A stretch of 64,000 nt of DNA, taken from contig NC_134026.1 in assembly GCF_964204645.1 (NCBI RefSeq), forward strand, positions 2,627,950-2,691,949, given 5' to 3'. The stretch comes from Tubulanus polymorphus. Lineage: Eukaryota; Animalia; Nemertea. Each line of letters opens with the position of its first letter. The stretch's first letter is position 1. Shown one piece after another: positions 33,845 through 47,283 of this stretch. Position numbers and translations under genes: made by a program. The notes below the pieces were generated by a model. It was not told the DNA's origin and made no database searches. It was given only the letters and a program-made list of their open reading frames with translations.

Positions 33845-36800
33845 ATGGATTCTTTTAGTTATGGTAAGAATCGTTGAAATTGTACTGAACCGATCTGTCG
33901 GTAGTCTGTGTTTATTTCGTTTCGTTAAACAGCATAACTTGTCCCTTCATACCTATGTAAATCCGTAGGATGAAAAGACATCCCGTTAATGAATGGACAC
34001 AATATTTTATACAAATAGATTCGAATTTGGTTAATGCATTACCAATTCTGGTATAACTGCAGTTTAGGTGTCCCTAATGGTTATGTACCTAACCTCTTAC
34101 CATATAACACTATTCTTCAATAACACTAGCGCCACCCAGTTGATAGGTGACCCAAACTGCAGTTAGACCCTTAATTTAACTTACTTTTACTTTCAGTTCT
34201 TACCCGCTTACTGTCAGGCAATCATTGATTCAGATTTCCACGACTCCTGCCTCTCTTTAGTCATTGGAGCGATTGTAAATTTATAGCTTTTTGTCTCTAA
34301 ATAATACGTTCCGAATTTCAGATCAAACTCCAGATAGAGTGCCGTTGTTACAGCCGGAGGTGCCGTCAGATGAAGAGGGTTACGTCGTTTTCTCTTTATC
34401 TCCCGGAAAATTCTACATCCAACTGGCAGAAACAGAAAATCAACTCAATGAACTTCGCACGAAAATTGACGAAAACTTTTCGTATGGCGTTGGCGTTTCG
34501 CCAACCGGGATTAAAGTCGGCAGTTTATGCATGGCTGTATATTTGGAAGATTTCTATCGCGCTCGTGTCCTTCGTCAGCCGACTGCCAACGAAGTCGAAG
34601 TGTTTTTCATCGATTATGGCAACACGGAAATGAACCGCGTGACCGAGTTGAGAATAATGCCCGACTCGTTGAAAACGTATCCGGCGCAATCGATCGAATG
34701 TTCGTTGTTTCACCATTCCGGTTACGTGGAATATCCGAAAGATGTGATCGCTTATTTCCGCGCTCTCGTCAATGATGAGCCGGTGACCGTGCGGTTTTTT
34801 AAGGAAACATCGATCGGTTACGAAGTGGATATTCTTGTTAAAAATGGTGGATCCGTTATCGCGAAACTTGACGCTAAATTCCCAACATTACAGTCTCATG
34901 TTAAACAGATGATAAATCTCGGCCGTGAAGATATTGTCGATTAGTAAGTATTTTAGTTAAAGCTCTCATCTAGGTAAATCTGGTCCCTATGACTGATTGA
35001 TTCCTTAAAAATTCCTGTAAATGCTTTTAAAGGTGCTCGAAACCTTCAATTTTGTGAAAAGGCAAATAGAAATTTTTGTCTAGTTAGCAGTTGTACGATT
35101 ACGCCTAAATCGGCACAAGGATTTATTCTTTACCCAATAAGGCGGTTACTGAAATCAGAACCAGGTTTTGGTAGTTAAAAGGCTGAAGATTTGCTCAGCT
35201 TTTCACAGATTCTTAGTGTAGAGTAAGGTTTAAATTCTTGGACCTCCTAACATTTTTCCTTTGACTTCAATATTTTCAGCAATGGAACTTACTCTACCTT
35301 AGACGTTCAGGTCGGGTCCGTGGAAAATGTGAGCGTCACCCATGTGAACAATCCTACAAAGTTTTACTGTCAGCTCGGTAAAAATGAGACGGTGTTGAAT
35401 TCAATGATGGATGACATCGATACGTTTTGTTCCTCAAGTGGCGAGATTCCTATTACTGTTAGCATTGGAATGCCTGTTATTGGACAGTACAGTCAAGATG
35501 ATGGATGGTACAGAGCGATCGTTAAAGGTAATGAGAAAACTGTTAAAAAAATTATGGTTGGAGTAATGAAGATTTTTCCACATTGTATTATGAAGAAGTA
35601 TCAGGCTTACAAAGCTGTATATTTGACAATGATTTCCAGCTCTTATTTTGAGATAAATCTGAAAAAGAAGATAAATATGTTTCATATCCCCCCCCCCCCC
35701 CCCCCCCCGATTTCTCAGGATCCAGAATAATCAGATCTTTTTACTGATTGATTGTTCCGCTCTGATTTTAGGTGCTAATAACGATGAACCCCCGATTTCT
35801 CAGGATCCAGAATAATCAGATCTTTTTACTGATTGATTGTTCCGCTCTGATTTTAGGTACTAATAACGATGAAGTGGAGGTTCACTATGTCGACTACGGC
35901 GACGCAGAAACCATCGATAAAAACAAACTTCGAAAACTGAACGCAGAATTTCTTCAATTACCTCAACAAATCATACCATGTAGTTTATACAATGTCAGTA
36001 GTCGTGAGTCGTGGCCGAAAGAGCTCTGCGACAAATTCGAAAACATCGTGCTAGAAAAAGATTGTCGCGCAGAATTTGTATCGTTGAATCGAGGCGTTTA
36101 CAATGTGATGATGACGACTGTTGATGGGGTGAACATCAATGAGATATTCCAGAATATTCCCGCGACGAGGTAAGTTATTTCTACTAGTTCTGTAATTTTG
36201 AGGATCAGAGTTATCTCCGGTTTAATTCACTGATATCATGTTCTTTTTCAGTCCGGCACGAGCTAATCAGCCACAACGAGCTATGCCAGAACCTTCGGTA
36301 AGATTCGAAAAGATGCTAATCGCTACTGGGGAATATAAAGATTTGTATATAGTGCATATTGAAGATCCTACTGATTTTTGGTGCCAGTTAATGGAGAATA
36401 GTCACCATTTGAAAGAACTTATGGATGAAATGCAGATTGTCTATAATGCAGTGAGTGCCACCGTGAATGAGCCGTCTGTAAGTATGGCTTGTTGTGCTAA
36501 ATATTACGTGGACGATCTCTGGTATCGTGCGGAAATAATCAAGATCACACCCGATGGCATAACCGTCCAGTTCGTCGATTATGGTAATTGTGAATGCGTT
36601 ACTCTGGATCAGTTGAAGAAAATCAGACCCGAACACGTGAAATTACCGACTCAAGGTATTCCATGCAAGCTGCAGAATCTACGTCCTGCTCGGAGGAACG
36701 ATCAATGGTCGGCTGAAGGGATCGACCACTTCGTCGAATTAACGGACGAGAAAAGTTTAGTCGGTTCGTTTATCGGTTTAGACGACGACAGGAAATATTC

Positions 36801-39800
36801 GATCGTTCTTCTCGACCCGAAAGAATCCATCCAGAATATTCGAGATAAAATGATTCAATCTGGTCACGGCGAAACAATAACGAAGCCGGGTAAGGTTTCG
36901 GTGTCTGGTGCCTCATCTGTGTCGTCGTCTCACGGATCAACACCGCCTAGAATACGTGCACCCGCCACTGTTACTAACGGATATGCAATAGGATCGGCTG
37001 ACGATGCATCGGCTGTTAATGAATGGAGACAAAATCGGGTCAGTCCATCGTCGCCGTCCGAATACAAACAGATGCCGATTAGAAACGGTCAGACGAGTGA
37101 AGTTTGTATAACATGGGTCGAATCGGCGACGCAATTCTGGTGTCAAACGGCCGACGAACATTCTCGTTTTATAAGTATGATGGGTTCGATACAGAACTGT
37201 TACCAAACGAAGAAAGATACGTTACTGGGCGCTCGAATCGGGTCTCCGTGCATCGCGATGTTTACTGATGATTGCTGGTATCGAGCGTCGATCATTTCCA
37301 AGTCTGGAGCGGGTTACGAAGTTTTGTTCGTAGACTACGGCAACAAAGAGGTTATACCCGAATCAAAGGTCCGCACTGTGATACCAGAGTTTTTAGAGAT
37401 ACCGCGTATGGCTGTTCAATGTTATCTAAAAGATGCGAAAGCGGTCAATCCGAAATTGAGCCCCAGTGAACAGGAGAAATTTCAGCAAATCATGTCTGGA
37501 AGTCTAATGTGTACATTTATAACTACCGGGCCCGATGATGGTTATCTGGTCGGTTTGAAGTCTAATGGTCGTGATGTTAAAGATGATTTGTTAAAGTTCA
37601 GGATTATTGAAGGCCCTGCTTCAGTAATGAAAGCGTGTTATAAACCTCCAACCGTGCTGCGCACTGTCGGAAGTACATTTTCTGCAACCGTATCATTTAT
37701 AATCTCGCCGACTCAGTTCTGGGTACAGTGCAATTCCGAAAGTGACAAACTCAACCAGCTTATGGATGATATAGATGCTCATTATTCGAGTTCATCGACT
37801 CAGCAAATTTCCAATGTAGACGTTGGATTAGCCTGTGTTGCTAAATATAGTGAAGATGATGGTTGGTATCGAGCTGAAGTTACTGCAGTTGACGGGCAGT
37901 CTGTCAAAGTTAACTATGTCGATTATGGTAACTCTGCTGATATTGCCAAAAGTGATTTGAGGGACGTCGATAGTCGATTCTTAGATCTACCAAAACAAGC
38001 TATTGAATGTTGCCTAGATGGTATTCATAATCCGAGTAGAGAAGCTATTGCTAAGTTTGAAGACATAGCCTCAGATGAAGGTGTTATTGTCACCGTAAAG
38101 AATGGTTCGTCTGGAAGGTTGAATGTTGAGCTTGTTGGTAATGAGGCCAGTTCAGTTGTACTCGATATGAACAGCGAGGTTCGTAGGCTATGTTCCTCGG
38201 CGGTTCCAAAGTTACCGGATCCTACTCTTCCGTCCACATCCGTTGATGGATACATAAGTCACGTTAATACACCCGGCGATTTCTATATTCAACTCGTTCA
38301 AGATGAAACTCAATTGACCGATATGTTTAGTGAACTTCAAACGCACTACGGTTCCCGTTCGAACCCGCTGAATTTGACTTCTGTCGGTGCGTTATGTGCT
38401 GCCGAGTTTTCAGAAGATGATACCTGGTATCGCGCTAAAATTCAAGCAATCAACGGCAACTTAGCTCAAGTGTTGTTCTTCGATTATGGTAACATGGAAG
38501 AAAAGGCTATCAACGAATTAGAAACACTTTCTGATGACTTCTTACAGCGGCCCCCATATGCGTATCATTGCACGTTTAATAAGAATAGATCGGCAACGTC
38601 GTGGAATCCAGAAGACATCGCTTGTTTGAAAAAATACATGGAAACAGAAGTGATGAATGTGGCTTTTGTGGGAGATTCGTCGCCTTATTCAGTTCGCATT
38701 CAAGTCGATGGACAAGACCTCGGAGCGTTGTTCGAGTATTCAACTCCACCAGCGCCGACCACGCCAATTTATCCAGCCCAAATAATCGAATCGGGTCGTC
38801 AACAAGGTTACATTTCTCATGTAGAATCGCTAGATGAATTCTATGTGCAGTTAGCCACGCAAGAACACGATTTGGATAATGTAACAACGAACATGGAAAG
38901 TCTTTGCGCACATGGTGGTGGTAATCATTTAAAAGTGTTTGATGTTGGTACGCCGTGTTGTGCTGAGTTTTCTGAAGATGAAGCGTGGTACCGTGCTGTG
39001 ATAACTGATTATGTTGATAATGAAAAAGTGAATGTACGCTTTGTTGATCACGGTAACAGTGAAGTAAAACTGAAAGCCGGTTTGAAGGAATTACATCCAG
39101 CTGTATCATCTTATCCTCCATTCGCTATACAATGCACAATCGGTATCAAAGGAAATGAAAAATCAAAATCAAAGTTGATCGAGCAAACTGAAGATAAGGC
39201 TCTTAGTATTGATTTTGTCTCAACAACTGGTGCACCGTACAAAGTTAGACTGTTCGACGGTGCGGATGATATTGGAAGCTTTTTCTCGGCCAGACCCAAG
39301 GTGGCTGTGACTTCATATCCCGAGAGACTTGTACCAAAAACAGGAGTAAAATGTTACATGAGTCAAGTGGCAAGCGTACACGATTTCTACGTGCAGTTAA
39401 GTGAAGAAAGCTGTAATCTGGAGGAATTGATGGTTGAAATATCGAGCGCTTACAATGCACAGAGTGCTTCATTAGTAAATCCGTCTGCTGGAAGCCCATG
39501 TGTCGCTCAGTTTTCAGAAGATGAGGCTTGGTACCGAGCTATTGTAAAGAAAATCTCTGGAAACACTGCTACTGTACAGTTTATAGATTACGGTAATTGC
39601 GAAGAAAAGGATATCCATCAGCTGAAAGAATTGAATGCTCAAATAGCCAAAGCTCCGGCGTTTGCTATTAATTGTTCTCTAGGATCTTCGATTCCTGATA
39701 CTTCGGATAATACGGATAAATTGTTCCGAGCAACTGACACAAAAGAACTATTCGCAACTTTCAACAACAACATAGCTCCATATGAATTAGAGATATTTGA

Positions 39801-42800
39801 TGGCGACACTGATATCAAGCAGCTGTTCACTGGTTCGTCAGTGGGTTCAGTAAATGAATCGGCTCAACGTGTCGTAGAACAAGGTGAATTTTACCCATCA
39901 AGAACCCTGACATCAGATAAACAGACCGGATTTATTACTCATGTCGAGTCGCCTAGAGAGTTTTACATTCAGTTGGAAAGTGAATCGGACCAGCTCGATA
40001 AAATAACAGATGAATTAGCTGATAAATATTCGTCACTTGATGAACTCGCTTATCGCCTGTATTCACCGGTAATTAACCAAGTGTGCGCGGCAAAATTCTC
40101 TGAAGATGATTGTTGGTATCGAAGTGAAATAATCGAAATGGCCGGAGATACAGCAACTGTTCGATTTGTTGATTACGGCAACTCAGAAAAGCAAAATATT
40201 ACAGAATTGAAATCTCTTTTTGTTGAATTGAATACTGTATCGAAATTGGCATTGACATGTAGCGTGAATGCTGGAGGAAGACAGTTTACTACTGAGGATG
40301 CAGATAATTTGTTATCGGCGACTGATGGTAAAACACTGACTGTTGAGTTTGTGTCTAACGCTCAACCGTACACGGTTAAGTTATACCTAGAATCAGAAGA
40401 CATTACCTCACAATTTGAACAAGATGAATTGGCTCATATTCCAATTGTGGAATTAGGTTCTAATTTCCACGAACGAACCCTGGATGTTGATTCTTTCGAA
40501 GGATATATCTGCCATTGTGACTCATTAGAGCAGTTTTATATCCAGATGACCAGCGAGGAAACAATGCTATCCATGTTAATGGATAAACTTGGTCAGTTTT
40601 ATGAAAAGCTACCGAAAGATCAGCAGGTATTACAGTCACCTGCTGTAAATAGCCCTTGTGTTGCACAATATTCCGATGATGATACATGGTATAGAGCCAT
40701 ACTACTCAGCGTCGCTGATGATGCGACGGGTGAAGTTGAATTTGTTGATTATGGAAACTCGGAAATGAAACCTCTCGCCGAGTTGAAAACGTTGTCACCG
40801 ATCTTTGCTCAGCATCCAAAATTCGCCCTGCATTGTACAGTCGGTTCTGGTCAGTATACAACTGAGCAAGACGATGAGTTTTGTGAAATCACACAGGACA
40901 AATTACTGGAAGTGAAACTTTTGACAAAGATCCCACCGTTTGAAGTTTCTCTCTTATGCGATGGCGTTGATCTAACTGCTAAGTACAGAGCAATGGCCGT
41001 TACAGAGAATACTAATCCTGCTGCGCCATCTTCAGTCATTGATTATCCAGAACGAAGTTTAGAACTGTGTTCACTGGATGGTTATGTGGTACATGTGGAA
41101 TCATCATGTGAAATTTATGTACATCTCGCCGCTGAAGAGAATAGCCTGGATAAACTTATGGAAGATTTGAAAGCATATTATGAGAGCGACACATCCAATT
41201 ATGGTGCCACGTTAGAAATTGGAAGTGTTTGTGCTACTAAGTTTTCCGATGATGATGAATGGTATCGGGGCCAAATCACCAAAATATCCGATACAAAAAT
41301 TACTGTGCAATTCGTAGACTATGGAAACTGTGAGGAAAAGTCATCCTCAGATTTAAAAGCTTTGATGCCTCAATTCTTAGAGCTTCCCAAATTGGCGATT
41401 CCGTGTTCATTGGGCAATAAATCGCTCACGGAGGAACAAACTGAAGAATTCATCGCAGAAACTTCAGATAAAGTTTTAGAAATTCAATTCACGTCTGAAG
41501 TGGTGCCATACACCATAAAGATATCGTTCGAATCGGTCAATATTATCGATAAGTTTTTGATGAATGAATTGAAGGAAACTACTCTAGTGTCGATCAAAGA
41601 ACGAACAATTGAACCGGGTCGATCTGTTGGTTATATCAGTCATTTTCACTCGATGAAAGAATTTTACGTCCAGTTAGCAAACGAAGAGGATCAACTTGAC
41701 AGTTTAATGGATAGATTGAATCATCATTATGGTTCAGTGACTGCAGAAACAAACGCATTAACAGAAACTGTACTAGGCGTACCATGTGTAGCTCGGTATT
41801 CAGAGGATGAAAGATGGTATCGTGGAACTATTGAAAGTGTGAATGAAGATATGGCGATCATTCATTTCATCGATTATGGTAACAAAGAGGAAAAGTCAAT
41901 TGCCGATTTGAAATCGCTTTCAGTTGACTTTGTCGATTTTACTCCATTCGCTATCAAGTGTATGGTGGATGTAGAAAATGAAAATACTGATACGTGTGAT
42001 AAATTTCACGAAAAAACAAGTGAGCAAGAGTTGCAAATCCAATTTGACACCACAGGCGAACCATGTCTCGTGAAAGTGTTTATTGATGGGGTTGATGTTG
42101 TTAGTTCACTTATGGACCCCGTTGATTCTAGTTCTGTTGAAGTCGATGTTGTTGATACTCCTGAGAAGATTGTTTCAGCAGTAGAATTTGACACTGTTGA
42201 TTCTAGTTCCATTGCATTTGAAGCCAATGTCATTGATGCTTCAGAGAGTGCTGTATTGGCAGAAGAAAATGCTGGCACTTCGAATGAAACGTTTTCATTG
42301 AAAAGTCTTTCTGAGGCTTTAGTGAACTCTGAACTTAACGGGAATAAGATAAATAAGGGACCGAAATTACCTACACTTGATGTTGACCTCTCTCAGCCTT
42401 ATAAAGTTTGCATATCTCACATCAATACACCAGCTGATTTCTACATGCAATTATCGGAGAAATCTGATGTTGTTGATGAACTTGTGGATAAACTACAAAT
42501 TGAATACTGTGAAGGTGGGACTAAAATTGTTGATGTTGGATTGGGACGCCTTTGCTGCGCTGTGTATGATGATTCGTATTATAGAGGCATTGTAACCAGA
42601 TTTACAGGTGCTAAAACGGAAGTATTATTTGTTGATTACGGAAATAGCGCGCTGATCAATACTGCTGAAATTTGTGAATTGAAGGAGAAATTCCTGGATA
42701 TACCTATTCTCGCTATTCATTGTAAGATGGCTGGATTGGTCGATGAAAATCGGTCGTGGTCTGTTGAAGACATAACAGCGTTTGAAAATCAAGTGCATGA

Positions 42801-45800
42801 TCAAGAGTTAACAGCTGTATTTGAATCGATGGAGGTTCCATTTGCAGTAAGATTAAGCTCATTGAATGATGATATCATCGATATATCTAATACAATACCG
42901 ACTCTTAAATCTGCTGAAACAGAACCCGCAATCGTTAATGGCAAGAGCTCCACCTCTCCGGAAAATGATGAATTTGAACTGAAAACGAAACTGAAATCCA
43001 ATTACTCCCATTTGAATATAGCATCTGGTTCGAAGTTGCGAGTGACAATCGGCAATATAAAAACTCCAAGCCAGTTTTGGGTGCAGTTAGCTGAGTCCGG
43101 TACTGTCATTGAGGAGATGAATGTGAAATTATTTGAATTTTATGAGAGTTGCGATAAGACTGTATTCATTGAACAACCTGAAATAGGTCAAGTTTGTGCT
43201 GCTAAATTCTTTGAAGATGGGAATTGGTATCGCGCAATTGTCAAGAGTTTCAACGATGAAAAAATTGAAGTTTTTTTCGTAGATTATGGAAATACGGCAA
43301 AAGTCGATCATGTATATCAGTTGAAGCCATCGTATTTGCAAACTCCAGCCCAAGCAATAGAATGTTTTCATCTGTGTTTGAAGTCGCAAAAGGGAGCCTG
43401 GACAGATGAGGCTGTGTCATGTTTCTCCGAATTAGTCGCTGATAAAGTTCTTGTTTGTGAGTTTGCATACAAAGGCACAGACAGTGATATGTATATGGTT
43501 CATCTACTGGATATGGGTATACCAGTAGCTAAATCATTGGCAGAAGCAGGCATGGCTTTGTACATCGAAAAGGAGCCATCTTTTTTAGACGATAGTGCGG
43601 TGTTGGCTGGTGATTCTGGCGACGCCTCCGATACCGCAGGAGAAATAATTGAAGGAATTTTAGATGCGTGCCAGAAATCTGTCGAAAGCCCAATGGCAAC
43701 TGATGTAGATCATTCGATGAAATGTACTGAAATGGAAGCCATCAAAGATGACCTGAAGTCCAATGAAGATTCACAGTTGGAGAGTGAAAGATTTGCGGAT
43801 GAATCTAGCGGTGACATAGAAATAGAAAATGTGCAATCTGCATTGGTTGATGAAACATATGAAGAGTTGGAGAATGATCAAAATAACACGCAGTCAAATA
43901 TAGAAATAACTCATGATTTCGATAATACAACTATAGATATCGAAGCCGTTGATAGAGAATTGGCTGGTATGGTGACGATAGATGAAATTCAAGAGGATGT
44001 TTTCGAAGAAGAAAAATTTGTATTAGATGAAGAATTGATGGCTGAAATTATGGACGATAGCAGACATTCGGACGCTGTAGAAAATGAAATAAGTGTTTCG
44101 ACTGATGGTTCAGATAAAAATATAATAGCAGATGAAAATGCTGCTACACCAGAAATACAAATCACTGAGGCTGAACTGATAAGTGAGACCAACAATGAGT
44201 TAATTACCTTGGACACCGTTGAAAATGAAGAAATAGAACCAAATGATAATGACAAAGGTATGGCTGAAACAGATAATAGCTCTCAGGTGGACACTGCAGA
44301 TCAAATACAATGCACTGTTGAAAAAGAAGAATTTGAACCAAATGAAGATCTCAATAGTATGGTTGATAGGACGGAAGAGGAAACTGCAGATTGCGATGAA
44401 GAAACACCATCAACAGGTGAAAAATTGGAGGATCAGGATCCGACTTGTCAGAGTTCAAAAGAGGAATGTGCAATTATTACTTCAATTGAAGAGGTGAATG
44501 GTGATCAAGTAATTCCACCCTCAGTTAACAATAATGAAATTGAAACGGTGAAAAGTGACACAATAAGTAGAGCTGAAGATTCTGGTGTTGAGATCAATAC
44601 TAGTCCAACAACTCCTGTCTCAGAAGAAGCATCGTCTTGTATTATCACTCCAAACTCGGAGGATGATGATAAACAGCTGATTCTGAATATTGAAAATTTC
44701 AAATCTGAATCAGTGGATCCTTCTGTTGTGAATGAAATTGCTGAAACGCTGTCTGAGGTTCAAATCAATGAATTTCAAGTACCTTCGGCCATTGAAGCGA
44801 GCAATGATTCTGATATTCATAAAGCTGATAATTGTCACGTGGATGAAATGATTGGAGGTTGGGGTATGCCGCCTGTCGGTGGTATTGAGTGGAAAGAATC
44901 ACCACAGGAAGAAACTGGAATTACGATGAAAAGATGGGTACCAGAAGATTTCGTAAACTGTATTGTAAATTATGTAGAAATTGAATTGAATGAAGACAGT
45001 GAATTGCTGGTGACGTTTATAGCTAATGGAACTCCCAACGACTTCGCTGTTCATCCCAAAGCTTCGCACAAGTTATTGAAGAAACTGGTGACAAAAATGA
45101 AACAGCACGTCTGTAGTGAGAACAGTATTCAAGCAGAAAAATTTGAAGTTGGTCAGCCGTGTTTGTTCACTTCTGATGCTGGTGAATCTTGGTGTCGTGG
45201 AATAGTCATGGCGTTCAATGATGATAATACTTACCAGGTAAGTATCATACATCAAAAAAAAATATTCTATTTTCATATGTTAATACTTTGTGCCTTTATT
45301 TTCAATTGTAGGTGAAATCAGTTGACTACGGACGGATAGAGGAGAAAATCTCAATTGATTATATGAGATTGATTCCTAAAATGTTCATGGAAATGCCTCC
45401 ACAGGGATTACGTTGTTCGTTGTATGGTATTGAAAACAAAGTCTGGTCTGACGATGACAAAAGTACATTCCTCAGTAAGTGCTGCTGTTTTTTTAGATTT
45501 TGCTTCTTCTCTACTGAAAACTGAATTGATAAAAGTTTTGTATGTTGGATTCTTACAGAACTTTGCAGACGTAAATTGATGATGAGTGTCAACAAGAAAT
45601 TGGAAGGTGCGATTCCTTACTCGGTTTACCTATATCCCCAGACCGACGATGATACGTCAATTAATTGTCAACTCGTGAAAGAAGGAATTGCTAGCGTGAT
45701 CACGGGCTCTGAACTTGAGATTGAAGTCGACCTCGTTGGAGGAAGTGGTGATTTGAATATCGTAACTGCTGGTAAGAAATCCTACTGTCTAGTCAGAGCG

Positions 45801-45953
45801 AGGAAAATCCTTTGTTATGAATTTTTTGCAATCCTTTTTCAAAAACATCTCTTTCTAGAAGCAGCAGGTGACGATAGTAATAATGAAATGACTGAGGAGT
45901 CACGGCAAGGATCAGGAGATGCACCTCAGGCAGATAGTTCTCAAGATATTTAA
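33845..45953 (+). CDS. Giant multi-Tudor-domain protein (~3552 aa, ~15 extended Tudor domains; Tudor/TDRD6/TDRD15-like piRNA/germ-granule scaffold)
   Basis: Exons 33845-33863, 34322-34943, 35280-35527, 35857-36169, 36252-45237, 45312-45474, 45559-45771, 45859-45953 join in frame (10659 nt). Recurrent motif V(S/T)H..P..F(Y/W)xQ ... C.A.(F/Y)S.D..WYRA ... V.FVDYGN.E ... P..A..C.L counted about 15 times; long acidic region before last domain. Exact ortholog not resolvable by eye. Confidence 0.92.
34054..34165. mobile_element. Small MITE in Tudor intron 1
   Basis: taactgcagtttaggtgtcccta ... taggtgacccaaactgcagtta inverted ends with terminal TA. Confidence 0.55.
35704..35873 (+). repeat. 85-bp tandem duplication spanning a splice acceptor
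   Basis: 35704-35788 and 35789-35873 identical except one base (ggtgct vs ggtact); preceded by a poly-C run. Confidence 0.9.
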
Positions 45954-47283
45954 GGGCGATGTAAAGTTAAAGACATGTTTTGGAGGCTGCAATGCTTAGC
46001 TGACATTTTATTTTACGCTCTCTTCTACAAAAACTTGGGTGTTGTTTAGATAGCACGGACTTGATAACGATTTCCGATTATGTGCTGTGTTAAGTTGTCT
46101 GTAAATAGATAGTTTAAAAACTTATATTTTTAATGATGTGAGGAGATGCATCGAAGTATCGTTTCAATTAGTTCATATGAATTACTTGCAAGTCAGGTAA
46201 TCAAATTCTTTTCTACAATTTGTCTGAAATAAATTGTAATAACTTTTATACGTTGCTTTGCCTATGTTAGGGAGTTTCTGTTTTCAAGCAAAGCTTCAAA
46301 ATATTGTACTTAATAGAATCTCTTTCTAGATCAGATTTTCCCAGTTAGAACTTTGTCTCACTTGTTACTGCAAGATGCATTTAGATAATCCACCTTTTCA
46401 TGTTTTTTTTGGTCGATGGTTCATGCAACTGTTAGAATTATTTCATTTATGTAGTTCATCGATAATTAGTTACAAAATACATTTTAGGAACTACTGATGT
46501 TTCCTTAGTTATTGTTTCAAAAGATTGTATTCTTAATCATAATTATAGTGTGTTAGCTTGTGCAATGATACTAGTCATTCATAAATCCCCATACACCATG
46601 TAATTATAAACTCTTGATATTTTGAATTTCATTGTTCACATTTAGGCATGTCACACCGACGATTCCTAATTCGTATTTGAACACCAAATTATAGTTAAGA
46701 TTAATAAAGAAATTTTGAAATTGATGTGAGAATCTTTCTGTCATTATTGGTATTTGGTTTTTCAATGGATTTAAGTTTGAAACAAACGGGCCGAACCCCT
46801 TGACGGATGAAGATGGTTTATGCTAATTCAGAGACATTTTATCGGTCAGGGGGCTGGTGGAAGCGAGTTCGGGAGTGATACCGGACCCCTGGCAAGCGAG
46901 GATGATCTTTGTCCGGTGGTACACCACTGAATAACCGAAATTACAGCAAAGCTGCTTCCTCGATAGAACCGTAAGGTGCTGCCGCTATTTTGGTTATATG
47001 CGGAATTACTATACACTAAAATGTGCCGACTGTGGTAATCAAAAATATACAATGAAATTTACAATAATTGGCAGAAGCTCTATTATTTATTCATTAGAAT
47101 TCAAACTAGACTCATTAAGAATCGATTGTGACTGAAGAGCAATATTATGATAATTCATTTATTTAGTGGTATATGGTGCTGCCGCCTATTCAATATGTCT
47201 GCGCCCATGTAACTCCATATTCACGTGTACCTAATATCTTCGTAATTCACTAATTAATCTACTGAATATCCCCATTTGAAAAT

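Noticed and set aside
34196-34216. Possible 21-nt in-frame microexon in Tudor intron 1
   Set aside because: Would need a weak GC donor (GCAATC); unsupported without transcripts.
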